Counted from the first letter of the stretch, positions 37,750-48,964 are shown. The stretch is 64,000 nucleotides of DNA from Sulfitobacter sp. (GCA_034669925.1 JAXMOM010000005.1:45345-109344), one strand, 5' to 3'. Notes: a model not told the origin generated them from the letters alone. A program made the numbers and translations.

Positions 37750-39192
37750 TTAGCCGCCCTGTCCCGGTGTCTGCTCTGGCGCTTGATCTGCCGCGGGCTC
37801 TGACGTCTGCTCTGTCTTCAACGCGCCATTGTCCCAGTCACCCGAGGCTTCTTCGCCGGAAGCATAGCGCATCGTGCCATCGCCCTGACGTTTGCCCGCG
37901 CGGAAGGTGCCCTCGTAAACATCGCCGTTCACATATGTCGCCGTGCCCGTGCCGCTGATCTCGCCGCGCACCCACTCGCCTTCGTAGGTAAACCCGTCGG
38001 CCATCACGATCTTGCCGATGCCGTGGCGCTGGCCGTCTTCGAAATTGCCTTCGTAAACCGTGCCATCTGGATAGGTCGCCTTGCCCGCGCCATGGCGTTG
38101 CCCGTCCTGCCAGCCGCCTTCGTAACGGTAGCCGTCGGCATAGGTCATCACGCCCTGACCGTCGTTCTTGGCGCTTTTGAAGCCGCCCTCGTAGACGACG
38201 CCATTGGGATAGACAGCTTTGCCCTGGCCTTCGATCACGCCGGCGGTCCATTGTCCTTCGTAGGTGGCGCCATCGGCATAGGTGATCTTGCCGGTGCCAT
38301 CGGCCAGATCATCGCGGAAATCCCCCTCGTAGACCGATCCATCGGGATAGGTCACGCGGCCTTTGCCTTCGATCTGGCCCTCGGCCCAGTCGCCGATATA
38401 GGTGTATCCGTCATTGCCGATAAAGGTGCCGGTGCCGTCGCGGCGGTCATCCTTGAAATCGCCCTCGTAGACATCGCCATTGGCATAGGTCACGCGGCCC
38501 TTGCCCTCGCGGCGCCCGGCGACAAGGTCGCCTTCGTATATGTCACCGTTGGGTTGGGTCAGCTTGCCGTCACCTTCGATCTGGCCGTTGACCCATTTGC
38601 CCGCGTAGATCAGCCCGTCTGGCATGGTCAGCGTGCCGGTGCCGTCACGCTCGCCGTTGGCAATCTCGCCGTCATAGACCGCGCCATCAGGATAGGTGAT
38701 CGTGCCGACGCCCTGTTTGACGCCATCGACCCAGTCGCCCTTGTATTCGTAACCGCCCGGGCTTTGCATCACGCCCTTGCCGTGGTGCTTTGCATTGCGA
38801 AACGCGCCTTCGTAGCGCACGCCGTTGGCATACAGCGCCACGCCATTGCCCATGATCGCGCCGGCCTGCCAGTCGCCTTCATAGGTGCCGCCATCGGCAA
38901 ATGTGATCTTGCCAAATCCGTCGGGTTTGCCCTTTTCAAAGTTGCCCTCGTAGACCGACCCGTTCGGGAAACGCGCCACGCCTTCGCCCTTGATCTCGCC
39001 GTCGACCCAAGTGCCGGTGTATTCATATCCGTTGGGCAGCCGGTAGGTGCCGGTGCCGTTCTGCAAACCGTTTTTGAACGTGCCCTCGTAGATGCCGCCA
39101 TCGTCATATTGCTTTGTCAGCACCTTGGCGTCCTGTGCATGGGCAATGGCAGGAAGCAGGGCGAGGCAAAAGATCAGGTTGCGTGTGAACAT
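37750..39192 (-). CDS. Secreted MORN-repeat protein (about 18 tandem 23-aa repeats)
   Basis: Signal peptide MFTRNLIFCLALLPAIAHA, then the repeated YEG.F..G...G.G pattern, and an acidic Pro-rich tail. Confidence 0.85.
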   Translation of the reverse strand: MFTRNLIFCLALLPAIAHAQDAKVLTKQYDDGGIYEGTFKNGLQNGTGTYRLPNGYEYTGTWVDGEIKGEGVARFPNGSVYEGNFEKGKPDGFGKITFADGGTYEGDWQAGAIMGNGVALYANGVRYEGAFRNAKHHGKGVMQSPGGYEYKGDWVDGVKQGVGTITYPDGAVYDGEIANGERDGTGTLTMPDGLIYAGKWVNGQIEGDGKLTQPNGDIYEGDLVAGRREGKGRVTYANGDVYEGDFKDDRRDGTGTFIGNDGYTYIGDWAEGQIEGKGRVTYPDGSVYEGDFRDDLADGTGKITYADGATYEGQWTAGVIEGQGKAVYPNGVVYEGGFKSAKNDGQGVMTYADGYRYEGGWQDGQRHGAGKATYPDGTVYEGNFEDGQRHGIGKIVMADGFTYEGEWVRGEISGTGTATYVNGDVYEGTFRAGKRQGDGTMRYASGEEASGDWDNGALKTEQTSEPAADQAPEQTPGQGG

Positions 39193-39388
39193 TTGGCACC
39201 TTTGGCGATGAAGGGGCATGCCCCGTGGATCGTTATCAAAGGGTAAAGAAACCGAAAGGGGGTCGCAATGGCTTTGCCGTCATTCAAGGCAACACAAGCG
39301 TGTGGTCGCCGCGAATTGCCGGCTGGGGTCTTTCGCGCCGCGCGGCCAGACCGTATAGGGGCAATCAAGCAAATTTCGGAGCGCACAC

Positions 39389-41047
39389 ATGGCCGACACT
39401 TTTCGCATCACGCTGGGACAGCTGAACCCCACTGTCGGCGACATCGACGGCAACGCCGCCAAGGCGCGCGCGGCATGGCAGGCGGGGCGCGAGGCGGGGG
39501 CCGATATGGTGGCGCTGCCCGAACTGTTCATCACCGGGTATAACGCGCAAGATCTGATCATGAAGCCCGCGTTTCACACCGCGGCGATCGAAGCGGTCAA
39601 GGCGCTGGCGGTGGACTGTGCCGACGGGCCGACGCTGGCCATCGGCTGCCCGTGGGTCGAGGGGGCCGATCTCTTCAACGCCTACCTGATCTGTCGCGGC
39701 GGGCGCATCGTCAGCCGGGTGCTGAAGCATCATTTGCCCAATGAGACCGTCTTTGACGAAGTGCGCGTGTTCGATGCGGGCCCCTTGGGCGGCCCCTACA
39801 GCGTGGGCAACGCCCGCGTCGGCAGCCCGATCTGTGAAGACGCATGGCACGAGGACGTGGCCGAAACGCTGCAAGAGACAGGGGCGGAGTTCCTGCTGGT
39901 GCCCAACGGATCGCCCTATTACCGCGACAAGATGGAAACGCGGCTGAACCAGATGGTCGCCCGCGTGGTCGAAACCGGCCTGCCGCTGATCTATCTGAAT
40001 ATGGTCGGCGGTCAGGACGACCAGGTGTTCGACGGCGCGTCCTTTGCGCTGAACCCCGGTGGCAAGCTGGCGATGCGGATGCCCGTGATGTCCGAGGCGA
40101 TCACCCATGTCGATCTGGAACGCACCCCCGATGGCTGGCGCGTGATCGAGGGCGAGATCGCCCCGCAGCCCGACGCATGGGAACAGGATTACCACGTAAT
40201 GGTCGTGGCCCTGCGCGACTATATGGCCAAGACCGGCTTTAAAAAGGTGCTGCTGGGCATGTCGGGCGGTGTCGACAGTGCGCTGGTGGCCACCATTGCG
40301 GCCGATGCCATCGGCCCTGAAAACGTGCGCTGCGTGATGCTGCCATCGGAATACACCAGCCCGGACAGCCTGGAAGACGCCGAAAGTTGCGCCAAGGCGC
40401 TGGGCTGTCATTACGACTATGTTCCCATCGCCGAAGGGCGCGCCGCGATCACCAACACGCTGGCCCCGCTGTTCGAAGGGATGGAACCGGGCCTGACAGA
40501 GGAAAACATCCAGTCGCGCCTGCGCGGCCTGCTGCTGATGGCGATGAGCAACAAGTTCGGAGAAATGCTGCTGACCACCGGCAACAAATCCGAGGTCGCC
40601 GTGGGCTATGCCACGATCTATGGCGACATGGCAGGTGGGTACAATCCGATCAAAGATATGTACAAGACGCGGGTGTTCAAAACCTGCGAATGGCGCAACG
40701 CCAACCATCGCGACTGGATGATGGGCAATGCAGGCGAAGTAATCCCGACACGGATCATCACCAGACCCCCCAGCGCCGAACTGCGCGACGACCAGAAAGA
40801 CAGCGACAGTCTGCCAGATTACCCCGAACTGGATGCGATCCTGGAGATTCTGGTGGATCAGGACGGCAGCATCGCTGATTGCGTCGCCGCAGGCTTTGCC
40901 CGCGAAACCGCGCAAAAGGTCGAGCGGCTGCTGTTCCTGAGCGAATACAAGCGCTTTCAATCGGCGCCGGGCACGCGCCTGACCAAACACGCGTTCTGGC
41001 TGGATCGGCGCTATCCCATCGTGAACCGCTGGCGCGATCAAAGCTGA
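39389..41047 (+). CDS. nadE: Glutamine-dependent NAD+ synthetase
   Basis: 552 aa with an N-terminal CN-hydrolase domain (CEDAWH) and a C-terminal NAD synthetase domain (LGMSGGVDSA). Confidence 0.95.
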   Translation: MADTFRITLGQLNPTVGDIDGNAAKARAAWQAGREAGADMVALPELFITGYNAQDLIMKPAFHTAAIEAVKALAVDCADGPTLAIGCPWVEGADLFNAYLICRGGRIVSRVLKHHLPNETVFDEVRVFDAGPLGGPYSVGNARVGSPICEDAWHEDVAETLQETGAEFLLVPNGSPYYRDKMETRLNQMVARVVETGLPLIYLNMVGGQDDQVFDGASFALNPGGKLAMRMPVMSEAITHVDLERTPDGWRVIEGEIAPQPDAWEQDYHVMVVALRDYMAKTGFKKVLLGMSGGVDSALVATIAADAIGPENVRCVMLPSEYTSPDSLEDAESCAKALGCHYDYVPIAEGRAAITNTLAPLFEGMEPGLTEENIQSRLRGLLLMAMSNKFGEMLLTTGNKSEVAVGYATIYGDMAGGYNPIKDMYKTRVFKTCEWRNANHRDWMMGNAGEVIPTRIITRPPSAELRDDQKDSDSLPDYPELDAILEILVDQDGSIADCVAAGFARETAQKVERLLFLSEYKRFQSAPGTRLTKHAFWLDRRYPIVNRWRDQS

Positions 41048-41263
41048 ACTTGTTCCCAGCAGCTTTTGGCATTGGTCATTCCTTGCCGAAACTGCACCGC
41101 GCAGGCGGAAGTCTGCGCAGACTGCCGTAAAAGGGGTGTGAAACCCGCGACTTAGGCGCATTGCGGCAGGAACCGACCGCGCACTGCGTCGTTGTCCCTT
41201 CAGTCGATACGCGGGTCAGATGTGGCACCCAAAAAGGGGCCCGACCGCGACGGAGGAATAAAC

Positions 41264-41953
41264 ATGAGTATGTCTAAATTCGGTAAAATCGGTGTCGCGT
41301 CCGTTATCGCGCTGACAGCCGCCGCCCCTGCCTTTGCCCAAAGTGCAGAGGCGATTGCAGCAACCGACCTCAACATCCGCAGTGGCCCCGGCCCCCAGTA
41401 TGAAATTCTGGGCGTGATCCCTGGCGGTGGAACCACAGCGGTCGATGGCTGCCTGGCCGAGGCGTCGTGGTGCAAGGTTGTGTTTGATGGCAAATCCGGC
41501 TGGTCCTCGGCCGACTATCTGGCTGTCGCCGTCGAAGAACAAGCCGTTGCCCTCAGCACGCGCCCTGCAACAGTTGAGGTCAACAGCGTGACCTATGAAA
41601 ACACCGCTGAGACGAAAGCTGACCAGACCGCCGGTGCAACCGCAGGTGCGACCATCGGTGCGCTGGCTGCATATGCAGTGGGTGGCCCGATTGGCGGCAT
41701 CATCGCTGGCGGCATTATCGGTGGCGCAGCGGGGTCCGCCGCGGTTGAACCAACGACCGAAACCGTGACCTATATCACCACCAATCCGGTCGAGCCCGTC
41801 TATCTGGACGGTGAAGTCGTCGTGGGTGCGGTCGTGCCGCAGAACGTGACCACCTACGAAGTGCCCCAGGATGGCCTGCGCTATGCGACCATCAACGGCC
41901 AGACCGTCGTGGTGGACACGCAAACCAACGCCATCGTGCAAGTCATCCGCTAA
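41264..41953 (+). CDS. Secreted SH3b-domain protein with a glycine-zipper segment and a DUF1236-like C-terminus
   Basis: Signal peptide ...AAAPAFA, SH3b (LNIRSGPGPQYEILGVIPGG...WCKV...GWSSADYL), a GGPIGGIIAGGIIGGAAGS segment, and a C-terminal ...YATINGQTVVVDTQTNAIVQVIR. Confidence 0.7.
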   Translation: MSMSKFGKIGVASVIALTAAAPAFAQSAEAIAATDLNIRSGPGPQYEILGVIPGGGTTAVDGCLAEASWCKVVFDGKSGWSSADYLAVAVEEQAVALSTRPATVEVNSVTYENTAETKADQTAGATAGATIGALAAYAVGGPIGGIIAGGIIGGAAGSAAVEPTTETVTYITTNPVEPVYLDGEVVVGAVVPQNVTTYEVPQDGLRYATINGQTVVVDTQTNAIVQVIR

Positions 41954-41973
41954 CGGCTGACCTGCATATGCCG

Positions 41974-42008
41974 AAGGCCCGGACCACGTGTCCGGGCCTT
42001 TTGCGTTT
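41974..42008 (+). terminator. Rho-independent terminator
   Basis: AAGGCCCGGA-ccacgtg-TCCGGGCCTT followed by TTGCGTTT. Confidence 0.75.
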
Positions 42009-42084
42009 CTAAGCCCGTGTTTTCCGGCTTATCTGGACAAATCCTGCGCCCTGTGACACTTCGGCGCCTAACAGGAGAGCGCCC

Positions 42085-43419
42085 ATGTCCAATCAGATCA
42101 CCACCCGTTTCGCCCCGTCGCCCACCGGCTATATCCACGTGGGCAACCTGCGCACGGCGCTGATGAACTTTATGATCGCACGAAAATCGGGCGGCACCTT
42201 TATCCTGCGCATCGACGACACCGACCCCGAAAGGTCGAAGCAGGAATACGTGGACGCGATCAAACACGACCTGGAATGGCTGGGCCTGCACTGGGACCGC
42301 GTCGAGCGTCAATCCGAGCGTCTGGACCGCTACGAAGAGGCCGCCGACAAGCTGCGCGCAGCGGGCCGCTTCTACGAGGCATTCGAGACGCCCACCGAAC
42401 TGGATCTGAAGCGTAAGAAACAGTTGAACATGGGCAAACCGCCGGTCTACGACCGCGCCGCACTGGCGCTAAGCGATGCCGAACGCGACGCCCTGCGCGC
42501 CGAGCGCGGGAATGGCGTGTGGCGGTTCAAGCTGGACCAGGAGCGCATCGAATGGACCGATGGCATTCTGGGCGACATCTCGATTGATGCGGCCAGCGTG
42601 TCCGACCCGGTGCTGATCCGGGGCGACGGGCAAATGCTGTATACGCTGGCATCCGTGGTGGATGACGTCGAGATGGGCGTGACCAACGTGGTGCGCGGGT
42701 CGGACCACGTGACCAACACCGCGACGCAGATCCAGATCATCAAGGCGCTGGGCGGCACACCGCCCGCCTTTGCACACCACTCGCTGCTGACCGGCCCACA
42801 GGGCGAGGCGCTGTCGAAACGTCTGGGCACCCTTTCGCTGCGCGACCTGCGTGCGGCAGGCGTGCAGCCGATGGCGCTGTTGTCGCTGATGGCGCGTCTG
42901 GGGTCTTCCGATCCGGTTGAACTGCGCACCGACATGGGCGCGTTGATCGACGGCTTTGACATCAACCGCTTCGGCTCGGCCCCGACCAAGTTCGACGAGG
43001 CGGACCTGTACCCGCTGACCGGCCGCTATTTGCAGACGCTGGCGTTGGAAGACGTGCGCGCGGACATCGAGGCACTGGGCGTGCCTGCGGACCTGGCACC
43101 TGCGTTCTGGGCCGTGACCCGCGAAAACATCAACACGCTGAACGATCTGGACGCGTGGTGGGTGATGTTCCGCGATGGCGCAGAGCCCGAGATTGACGCG
43201 GAAGACGCGGATTTCGTGGCGCAGGCGATGACATTGCTGCCCGAGGGTCCGTTTGATGAAACCACATGGGGCACATGGACCGCTGCCGTGAAAGAGGCCA
43301 CAGGCCGCAAGGGCCGCGGGCTGTTCATGCCGCTGCGCAAGGCGCTGACAGGACAAAGCCACGGGCCGGACATGTCCGCCGTGATGCCGCTGTTGCAGGT
43401 GGTCAAAGCCCGCAAGTAA
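42085..43419 (+). CDS. gltX: Glutamate--tRNA ligase
   Basis: TRFAPSPTGYIHVGNLRTAL (HIGH region) and ALSKR (KMSKS-like). 444 aa. Confidence 0.93.
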   Translation: MSNQITTRFAPSPTGYIHVGNLRTALMNFMIARKSGGTFILRIDDTDPERSKQEYVDAIKHDLEWLGLHWDRVERQSERLDRYEEAADKLRAAGRFYEAFETPTELDLKRKKQLNMGKPPVYDRAALALSDAERDALRAERGNGVWRFKLDQERIEWTDGILGDISIDAASVSDPVLIRGDGQMLYTLASVVDDVEMGVTNVVRGSDHVTNTATQIQIIKALGGTPPAFAHHSLLTGPQGEALSKRLGTLSLRDLRAAGVQPMALLSLMARLGSSDPVELRTDMGALIDGFDINRFGSAPTKFDEADLYPLTGRYLQTLALEDVRADIEALGVPADLAPAFWAVTRENINTLNDLDAWWVMFRDGAEPEIDAEDADFVAQAMTLLPEGPFDETTWGTWTAAVKEATGRKGRGLFMPLRKALTGQSHGPDMSAVMPLLQVVKARK

Positions 43420-43436
43420 GGCGTTTGAGGCCAGCC

Positions 43437-43473
43437 GACCCTCCGGTGGGAGTTTTCTTTGCAAGATGAAACA
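43437..43473 (+). repeat. REP-like repeat, copy d (GACCCTCCGGTGGGAGTTTTCTTTGCAAGATGAAAC)
   Basis: Matches the tails of copies a and c. Confidence 0.6.
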
Positions 43474-43474
43474 C

Positions 43475-43504
43475 AAGGGCTGCGCGACTGCGCGGCCCTT
43501 TTTC
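43475..43504. terminator. Hairpin terminator between convergent gltX and the GGCT-like gene
   Basis: AAGGGCTGCGCG-ac-TGCGCGGCCCTT followed by TTTTC on the plus strand. Confidence 0.55.
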
Positions 43505-43506
43505 TA

Positions 43507-44064
43507 TTACAGTTCCGCTTTGACGCGGGCGACGTGGTGGTCGACCAATGCCATTTCGGACGTGCTTAGGACCTGCGCGCGGGGATAAAGCGGTTTGGCG
43601 CGGTCATCCAGAATGGGTGTGTCCCAGCCCGAGGTGGTGGCGAAAAAGTCGGCAACGCCCTCTTCCCCGAACTCGTTCAGAAACCCTTGGACGACAACAT
43701 CCAGATAGCTTTGCAGGATGTGGTGCTGTCCCTCGCGGCGCATATCGGTGGGGTCTATGGCATAGACCGCGATCGAATCGACATCCGTCGCGGCATGGCT
43801 GACCGCATCGGTGGCATCGCGGCGGCGGTACCCGGTTTCGCGGGTGTCCAGTGCCACCCAGTCGGCATTTGGCACGGCGGCAATCAGCCCCGAGATTCGC
43901 GCCGCAGGGTCGGCCACTGCTGTCAGAAACACCAGATCGTCCCGTTCGCGGGCGCGCACCCAGGCGCGCCGCCAGCCGGACAGGGTTGCGGTTTGCGCTT
44001 GCGGATAGGCGTGCGTGGCGCGGTTGACGAGGCTGCCGTAGCCGAAGAAGTATGGTGCTTTCAT
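43507..44064 (-). CDS. Gamma-glutamylcyclotransferase (AIG2/ChaC-like) family protein
   Basis: MKAPYFFGYGSLVNR N-terminus (YGSL motif). Alternative start at ATG 44079. Confidence 0.65.
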   Translation of the reverse strand: MKAPYFFGYGSLVNRATHAYPQAQTATLSGWRRAWVRARERDDLVFLTAVADPAARISGLIAAVPNADWVALDTRETGYRRRDATDAVSHAATDVDSIAVYAIDPTDMRREGQHHILQSYLDVVVQGFLNEFGEEGVADFFATTSGWDTPILDDRAKPLYPRAQVLSTSEMALVDHHVARVKAEL

Positions 44065-44149
44065 GGGCACTTGTGTCATTCGCAGCGCCTGCAGTGTCAA
44101 GATGCAGCATCGGCTATTGACTGTAACCGACGCTCTTGGCTAGTTATCC

Positions 44150-44312
44150 GACATCCGTCATGGGAGAACCGGCCTGAAGCGCCGGTGCCGAAGGAGCAAC
44201 CGCCCCGGAAACTCTCAGGCAACAGGACCGTGACGGAATTGAGGACTCTGGAGAGTGGTGCCAGGCGCACCCGCCGAAGGGATAACGATCTCAGGCGACA
44301 GGACAGAGGGGG
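44150..44312 (+). promoter_or_regulatory. Tandem glycine riboswitch (gcvT leader)
   Basis: Two aptamers: GGGAGAA...GCCGAAGGAGCAA...CTCTCAGGCAACAGGAC and CTGGAGAG...CGCCGAAGGGATAA...CTCAGGCGACAGGACAG. Directly upstream of gcvT. Confidence 0.85.
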
Positions 44313-44392
44313 CATCGCAGGCGCAGCCGTTGGGGCGCGTCGTATGATGCCGGCCTGTTTTTCCAAAACGGACCCGGTCGAAGGAGAGACCG

Positions 44393-45505
44393 ATGTCTGA
44401 CGATCTGCGCACGCCGCTTTATGATCTGCACGTTGAACTGGGTGCCAAGATGGTGCCGTTCGCGGGCTACGCCATGCCGGTGCAATATCCGATGGGCGTG
44501 ATGGGCGAACACAATCACACACGCACCGCGGCCGGTCTGTTCGACGTCAGCCACATGGGGCAGGTGATCCTGTCCGGTGCTTCCTGGGACGCCGTGGCAC
44601 AGGCGTTCGAGACGCTGGTGCCACAGGATGTGCTGGGCCTGGGCGACGGGCGGCAACGCTATGGATTTTTCACCAATGACGCAGGCGGGATCGAGGACGA
44701 CCTGATGTTTGCCCGCCGGGGCGACGACCTGCTCGTGGTAGTGAATGCCGCCTGCAAGGGCGCGGATATCGCTCGGATGAAGGCCGCCTTGGCGCCATCT
44801 GTGACCGTCACCGAACTGGCCGACCGCGCGCTGGTTGCAGTACAGGGACCGGGGGCCGAGGCGGCTGTCGCTGCGCTGGACGCGCGTGCCGCGGACATGC
44901 GGTTCATGGATGTGGCTGATCTGACGCTGGACGGTGTTGACGTCTGGGCCTCGCGCTCGGGCTATACCGGCGAAGACGGCTACGAGATTTCGGTGCCCGC
45001 GGCGGATGCCGAGGCGCTGGTGCGCACCCTGTTGGCACAGGACGGCGTCGCCCCCATCGGCCTTGGCGCGCGGGATTCGCTGCGGCTTGAGGCGGGCTTG
45101 TGCCTCTATGGCCACGACATCGACGCCACCACAACACCTGCCGAAGGCACGCTGATGTGGGCCGTCCAGAAGGTGCGCCGCCCCGGCGGTGACCGCGCAG
45201 GCGGCTTTCCCGGCGCTGACAAGGCGTTGAACGCACCCGCCCGCAAGCGCGTCGGCCTGCTGCCCGAAGGCCGTGCCCCGATGCGCGAAGGCGTGGCAAT
45301 CTACGACAGCGAAACCGCGACCGACCCTGTGGGCCATGTGACCAGCGGCGGCTTTGGCCCCACGGTCGGTGGACCTGTGGCAATGGGCTATGTCAATGTC
45401 GATCATACCAGCACCGGCACCCCCCTGTGGGGCGAGGTGCGCGGCAAACGGATGCCGGTCCAAGTGGCGGCTTTGCCCTTTGTGCCTGCCAACTTCAAAA
45501 GATAA
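44393..45505 (+). CDS. gcvT: Glycine cleavage system aminomethyltransferase T
   Basis: 370 aa: [30 protein letters not shown]. Confidence 0.95.
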   Translation: MSDDLRTPLYDLHVELGAKMVPFAGYAMPVQYPMGVMGEHNHTRTAAGLFDVSHMGQVILSGASWDAVAQAFETLVPQDVLGLGDGRQRYGFFTNDAGGIEDDLMFARRGDDLLVVVNAACKGADIARMKAALAPSVTVTELADRALVAVQGPGAEAAVAALDARAADMRFMDVADLTLDGVDVWASRSGYTGEDGYEISVPAADAEALVRTLLAQDGVAPIGLGARDSLRLEAGLCLYGHDIDATTTPAEGTLMWAVQKVRRPGGDRAGGFPGADKALNAPARKRVGLLPEGRAPMREGVAIYDSETATDPVGHVTSGGFGPTVGGPVAMGYVNVDHTSTGTPLWGEVRGKRMPVQVAALPFVPANFKR

Positions 45506-45525
45506 CCCATCAGGAGACGACCCCA

Positions 45526-45885
45526 ATGAAATTCACAGAAGAACACGAGTGGCTGCGCGACGAAGACGGCGAAATGGTGGTGGGCATCACCATCCACGCC
45601 GCCGAACAACTGGGCGACGTGGTGTTCGTTGAATTGCCCGAGGTTGGCACCACCGTCAGCAAGGACGACGAGATCGTCGTGATCGAATCCGTCAAGGCGG
45701 CGTCCGACATCCTGGCCCCCGTCGACGGCGAGATCACCGAAGTGAACGAGACGCTGGTCGACAACCCCGGCAAGGTCAACGACGACCCGCAGGGCGAAGC
45801 CTGGTTCTTCAAGATGACCGTCAGCGATCCGTCCCAGCTTGAAGAGCTGATGGACGAAGCCGCCTATCAGAAATTCATCGCCTGA
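45526..45885 (+). CDS. gcvH: Glycine cleavage system H protein
   Basis: [11 protein letters not shown]... and the lipoyl-lysine motif [11 protein letters not shown] 45526 follows CAGGAGA. Confidence 0.95.
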   Translation: MKFTEEHEWLRDEDGEMVVGITIHAAEQLGDVVFVELPEVGTTVSKDDEIVVIESVKAASDILAPVDGEITEVNETLVDNPGKVNDDPQGEAWFFKMTVSDPSQLEELMDEAAYQKFIA

Positions 45886-45950
45886 TACCCTACCGGCTGC
45901 CCGGCTCAGGGCAGTCGCATGACCGAAACACCAACGCAGGGGACGTACGC

Positions 45951-48800
45951 ATGTCGTTCACGCCGACCGAATATTTGCCATATGATTTCGCCAACCGCCG
46001 CCACATCGGCCCATCGCCGCAAGAGATGGCCGATATGCTGGACGTGGTCGGCGCGCGCGATCTGGACGCGCTGATCGACGACACGCTGCCCAAGGCGATC
46101 CGCCAAAAGGAACCGCTGGATTTCGGCAAGGCGAAATCGGAACGCGAACTGCTGCACCACATGGCCGAAGTCGCAGGCAAGAACCGCGTGCTGACCAGCC
46201 TGATCGGGCAGGGCTACTATGGCACGGTGACGCCCCCTGCGATCCAGCGCAACATTCTGGAAAACCCCGCCTGGTACACGGCCTATACGCCCTACCAGCC
46301 CGAGATTTCCCAAGGGCGGCTCGAGGCGCTGCTGAACTTCCAGACCATGATCAGCGATCTGACGGGGCTGGAGGTTGCGAACGCCTCTCTGCTGGACGAA
46401 TCCACCGCCTGCGCTGAAGCGATGACAATGGCACAGCGGGTGTCCAAGTCGAAAGCGCGCGGGTTCTTCATCGACCGCGACTGCCACCCGCAGAACATCG
46501 CGGTGATGAAAACCCGGGCGGCGCCGCTGGGCATCGAGGTGATCGTCGGCAAACCCGAGGATCTGGACCCCGAGGCCGTCTTTGGCGCGATCTTCCAGTA
46601 TCCCGGCACCTACGGCCACGTGCGCGATTTCACCGCGCAGATGGACGCGCTGCACGGGTCCAAGGCCATCGGCATCGTCAGCGCCGATCCCCTGTCCCTG
46701 ACCATCCTGAAAGAACCCGGTGCCATGGGCGCGGACATTGCCGTCGGCAGCACCCAGCGCTTTGGCGTGCCCGTGGGCTATGGCGGCCCGCACGCCGCCT
46801 ATATGGCCTGCCGCGACGAGATGAAGCGCGCCATGCCGGGCCGGATCGTGGGCGTCAGCATCGACAGCCACGGCAACCGCGCCTACCGGCTGTCGCTGCA
46901 GACCCGCGAACAGCACATCCGCCGGGAAAAGGCCACGTCGAACGTCTGCACCGCGCAGGCGCTGCTGGCGGTGATGGCGTCGATGTATGCCGTGTTCCAC
47001 GGCCCGCAGGGGCTGAAAGCCATCGCCCAACGCATCCACCGCAAGACCGTGCGCATGGCGCGTGGGCTGGAAGCGGCAGGCTTTGCCGTCGATCCCAAGG
47101 TCTATTTCGATACGGTGACGGTCGATGTTGGCCCGCTGCAATCGGCGGTGATGAAATCGGCGGTGGACGAGGGCATCAACCTGCGCCGCGTTGGTGAAAC
47201 CCGCGTGGGCATCAGCCTGGACGAACGCACCCGCCCCGCCGACATCGAAGCGGTCTGGCGCGCCTTTGGACTAGAGGCGAAGGACAGCGATTATGCGCCT
47301 GAATACCGCGTGCCCGACGATCTGGTGCGCACGTCCGATTACCTGACGCACCCGATTTTCCACATGAACCGCGCCGAAACCGAGATGATGCGCTACATGC
47401 GCCGTCTGGCTGACCGCGATCTGGCGCTGGATCGCGCGATGATCCCGCTGGGGTCCTGCACGATGAAGCTGAACTCGGCCGCCGAGATGATGCCGGTGAC
47501 GTGGGAAGAATTCTCGCTGCTGCACCCCTTTGTCCCTGCCGACCAGGCGGCGGGCTACGCCGAGATGATCGCCGACCTCAGCGCAAAGCTGTGCCAGATC
47601 ACCGGCTATGACGCGATCTCGATGCAGCCCAACTCGGGCGCGCAGGGGGAATATGCGGGTCTGCTGACGATTGCCGCCTATCACCGCGAGAACGGTCAGG
47701 GGCACCGCAACATCTGCCTGATCCCGATGAGCGCCCACGGCACCAACCCCGCCAGCGCCCAGATGGTCGGCTGGAAGGTCGTGCCGATCAAATCCGCCGC
47801 CAACGGCGACATCGATCTGGACGACTTCAAGGCCAAGGCCGAACAGCACGCCGACAACCTTGCGGGTTGCATGATCACCTATCCCTCGACCCACGGTGTC
47901 TTCGAGGAAACAGTGACCGAAGTCACAGCCATCACGCACAAACATGGCGGTCAGGTCTATATCGACGGGGCCAACATGAACGCGATGGTGGGCCTGTCGC
48001 GTCCCGGTGATCTGGGCGGTGACGTCAGCCACCTGAACCTGCACAAGACGTTCTGCATCCCGCATGGCGGCGGCGGCCCCGGCATGGGTCCGATCGGTGT
48101 CAAAAGCCACCTTATCCCGCATCTGCCGGGCCATCCGTCGACAGGCGGCACCGAGGGTCCAGTCAGCGCCGCGCCTTTCGGCTCGCCATCGTTGTTGCCG
48201 ATCAGCTGGGCCTATTGCCTGATGATGGGCGGGGATGGTCTGACCCAGGCGACGCGCGTTGCGATCCTGAACGCAAATTACATTGCCAAGCGGCTCGAAG
48301 GAGCATTTGACGTGCTGTACAAAGGCCCGTCGGGCCGTGTGGCGCACGAATGCATCCTGGACGTGCGCCCCTTTGACGAAGCCGCGGGCGTGACGGTCGA
48401 GGACATCGCCAAACGTCTGGTCGATTGCGGGTTCCATGCGCCGACCATGAGCTGGCCGGTGGCAGGCACGCTGATGGTTGAGCCAACGGAAAGCGAAACC
48501 AAGGCCGAGCTGGACCGTTTCTGCGATGCGATGCTGGCAATCCGCGCCGAGATTGACGACATCGCCGAGGGTCGCATTGACGCCGCCAACAACCCGCTGA
48601 AAAACGCACCGCACACGATGGAAGATCTGGTGCGCGACTGGGACCGCCCCTATTCCCGCGAACAGGGCTGCTTCCCGCCGGGCGCGTTCCGTGTGGACAA
48701 ATACTGGCCCCCGGTGAACCGCGTCGACAACGTGCACGGCGACCGCAACCTGATCTGCACCTGCCCGCCGATGGAGAGCTACGCAGAAGCGGCTGAATAA
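45951..48800 (+). CDS. gcvP: Glycine dehydrogenase (decarboxylating), P protein
   Basis: 949-aa single-chain GcvP: [20 protein letters not shown], and [16 protein letters not shown] with the PLP lysine. Confidence 0.97.
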   Translation: MSFTPTEYLPYDFANRRHIGPSPQEMADMLDVVGARDLDALIDDTLPKAIRQKEPLDFGKAKSERELLHHMAEVAGKNRVLTSLIGQGYYGTVTPPAIQRNILENPAWYTAYTPYQPEISQGRLEALLNFQTMISDLTGLEVANASLLDESTACAEAMTMAQRVSKSKARGFFIDRDCHPQNIAVMKTRAAPLGIEVIVGKPEDLDPEAVFGAIFQYPGTYGHVRDFTAQMDALHGSKAIGIVSADPLSLTILKEPGAMGADIAVGSTQRFGVPVGYGGPHAAYMACRDEMKRAMPGRIVGVSIDSHGNRAYRLSLQTREQHIRREKATSNVCTAQALLAVMASMYAVFHGPQGLKAIAQRIHRKTVRMARGLEAAGFAVDPKVYFDTVTVDVGPLQSAVMKSAVDEGINLRRVGETRVGISLDERTRPADIEAVWRAFGLEAKDSDYAPEYRVPDDLVRTSDYLTHPIFHMNRAETEMMRYMRRLADRDLALDRAMIPLGSCTMKLNSAAEMMPVTWEEFSLLHPFVPADQAAGYAEMIADLSAKLCQITGYDAISMQPNSGAQGEYAGLLTIAAYHRENGQGHRNICLIPMSAHGTNPASAQMVGWKVVPIKSAANGDIDLDDFKAKAEQHADNLAGCMITYPSTHGVFEETVTEVTAITHKHGGQVYIDGANMNAMVGLSRPGDLGGDVSHLNLHKTFCIPHGGGGPGMGPIGVKSHLIPHLPGHPSTGGTEGPVSAAPFGSPSLLPISWAYCLMMGGDGLTQATRVAILNANYIAKRLEGAFDVLYKGPSGRVAHECILDVRPFDEAAGVTVEDIAKRLVDCGFHAPTMSWPVAGTLMVEPTESETKAELDRFCDAMLAIRAEIDDIAEGRIDAANNPLKNAPHTMEDLVRDWDRPYSREQGCFPPGAFRVDKYWPPVNRVDNVHGDRNLICTCPPMESYAEAAE

Positions 48801-48833
48801 AGCACTTCTCGGAATACATGATACGCAGGCCAT

Positions 48834-48889
48834 CACTTAACGCGTTGAAATCTAAGATTTCAGGAAGCGTTAAGTGAGTCAGGTTTTTT
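48834..48889 (+). terminator. AT-rich interrupted hairpin plus T-run downstream of gcvP
   Basis: CACTTAACGC-gtt-GAAATC-taa-GATTTC-aggaa-GCGTTAAGTG, then agtcagg and TTTTTT. Confidence 0.5.
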
Positions 48890-48901
48890 CGAAAGTGCTA
48901 T

Positions 48902-48960
48902 AGGGGGCTTTGCCCCCGCGCCGTGCGGCGCTCCCCCAGGATATTTAGGGCCAAAAGAAA
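48902..48960 (+). repeat. REP-like repeat, copy e (two GC hairpins plus a GGATATTTAGGGCCAAAAGAAA tail)
   Basis: Collinear with copy a. The tail is identical to copies b and g. Confidence 0.7.
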
Positions 48961-48964
48961 GACG

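Noticed and set aside
37750-39192. Periodic 69-bp DNA repetition that could be mistaken for a tandem repeat or CRISPR-like array.
   Set aside because: It is the in-frame coding periodicity of MORN repeats in a single intact ORF. The repeat units are diverged at the DNA level and there are no spacers.
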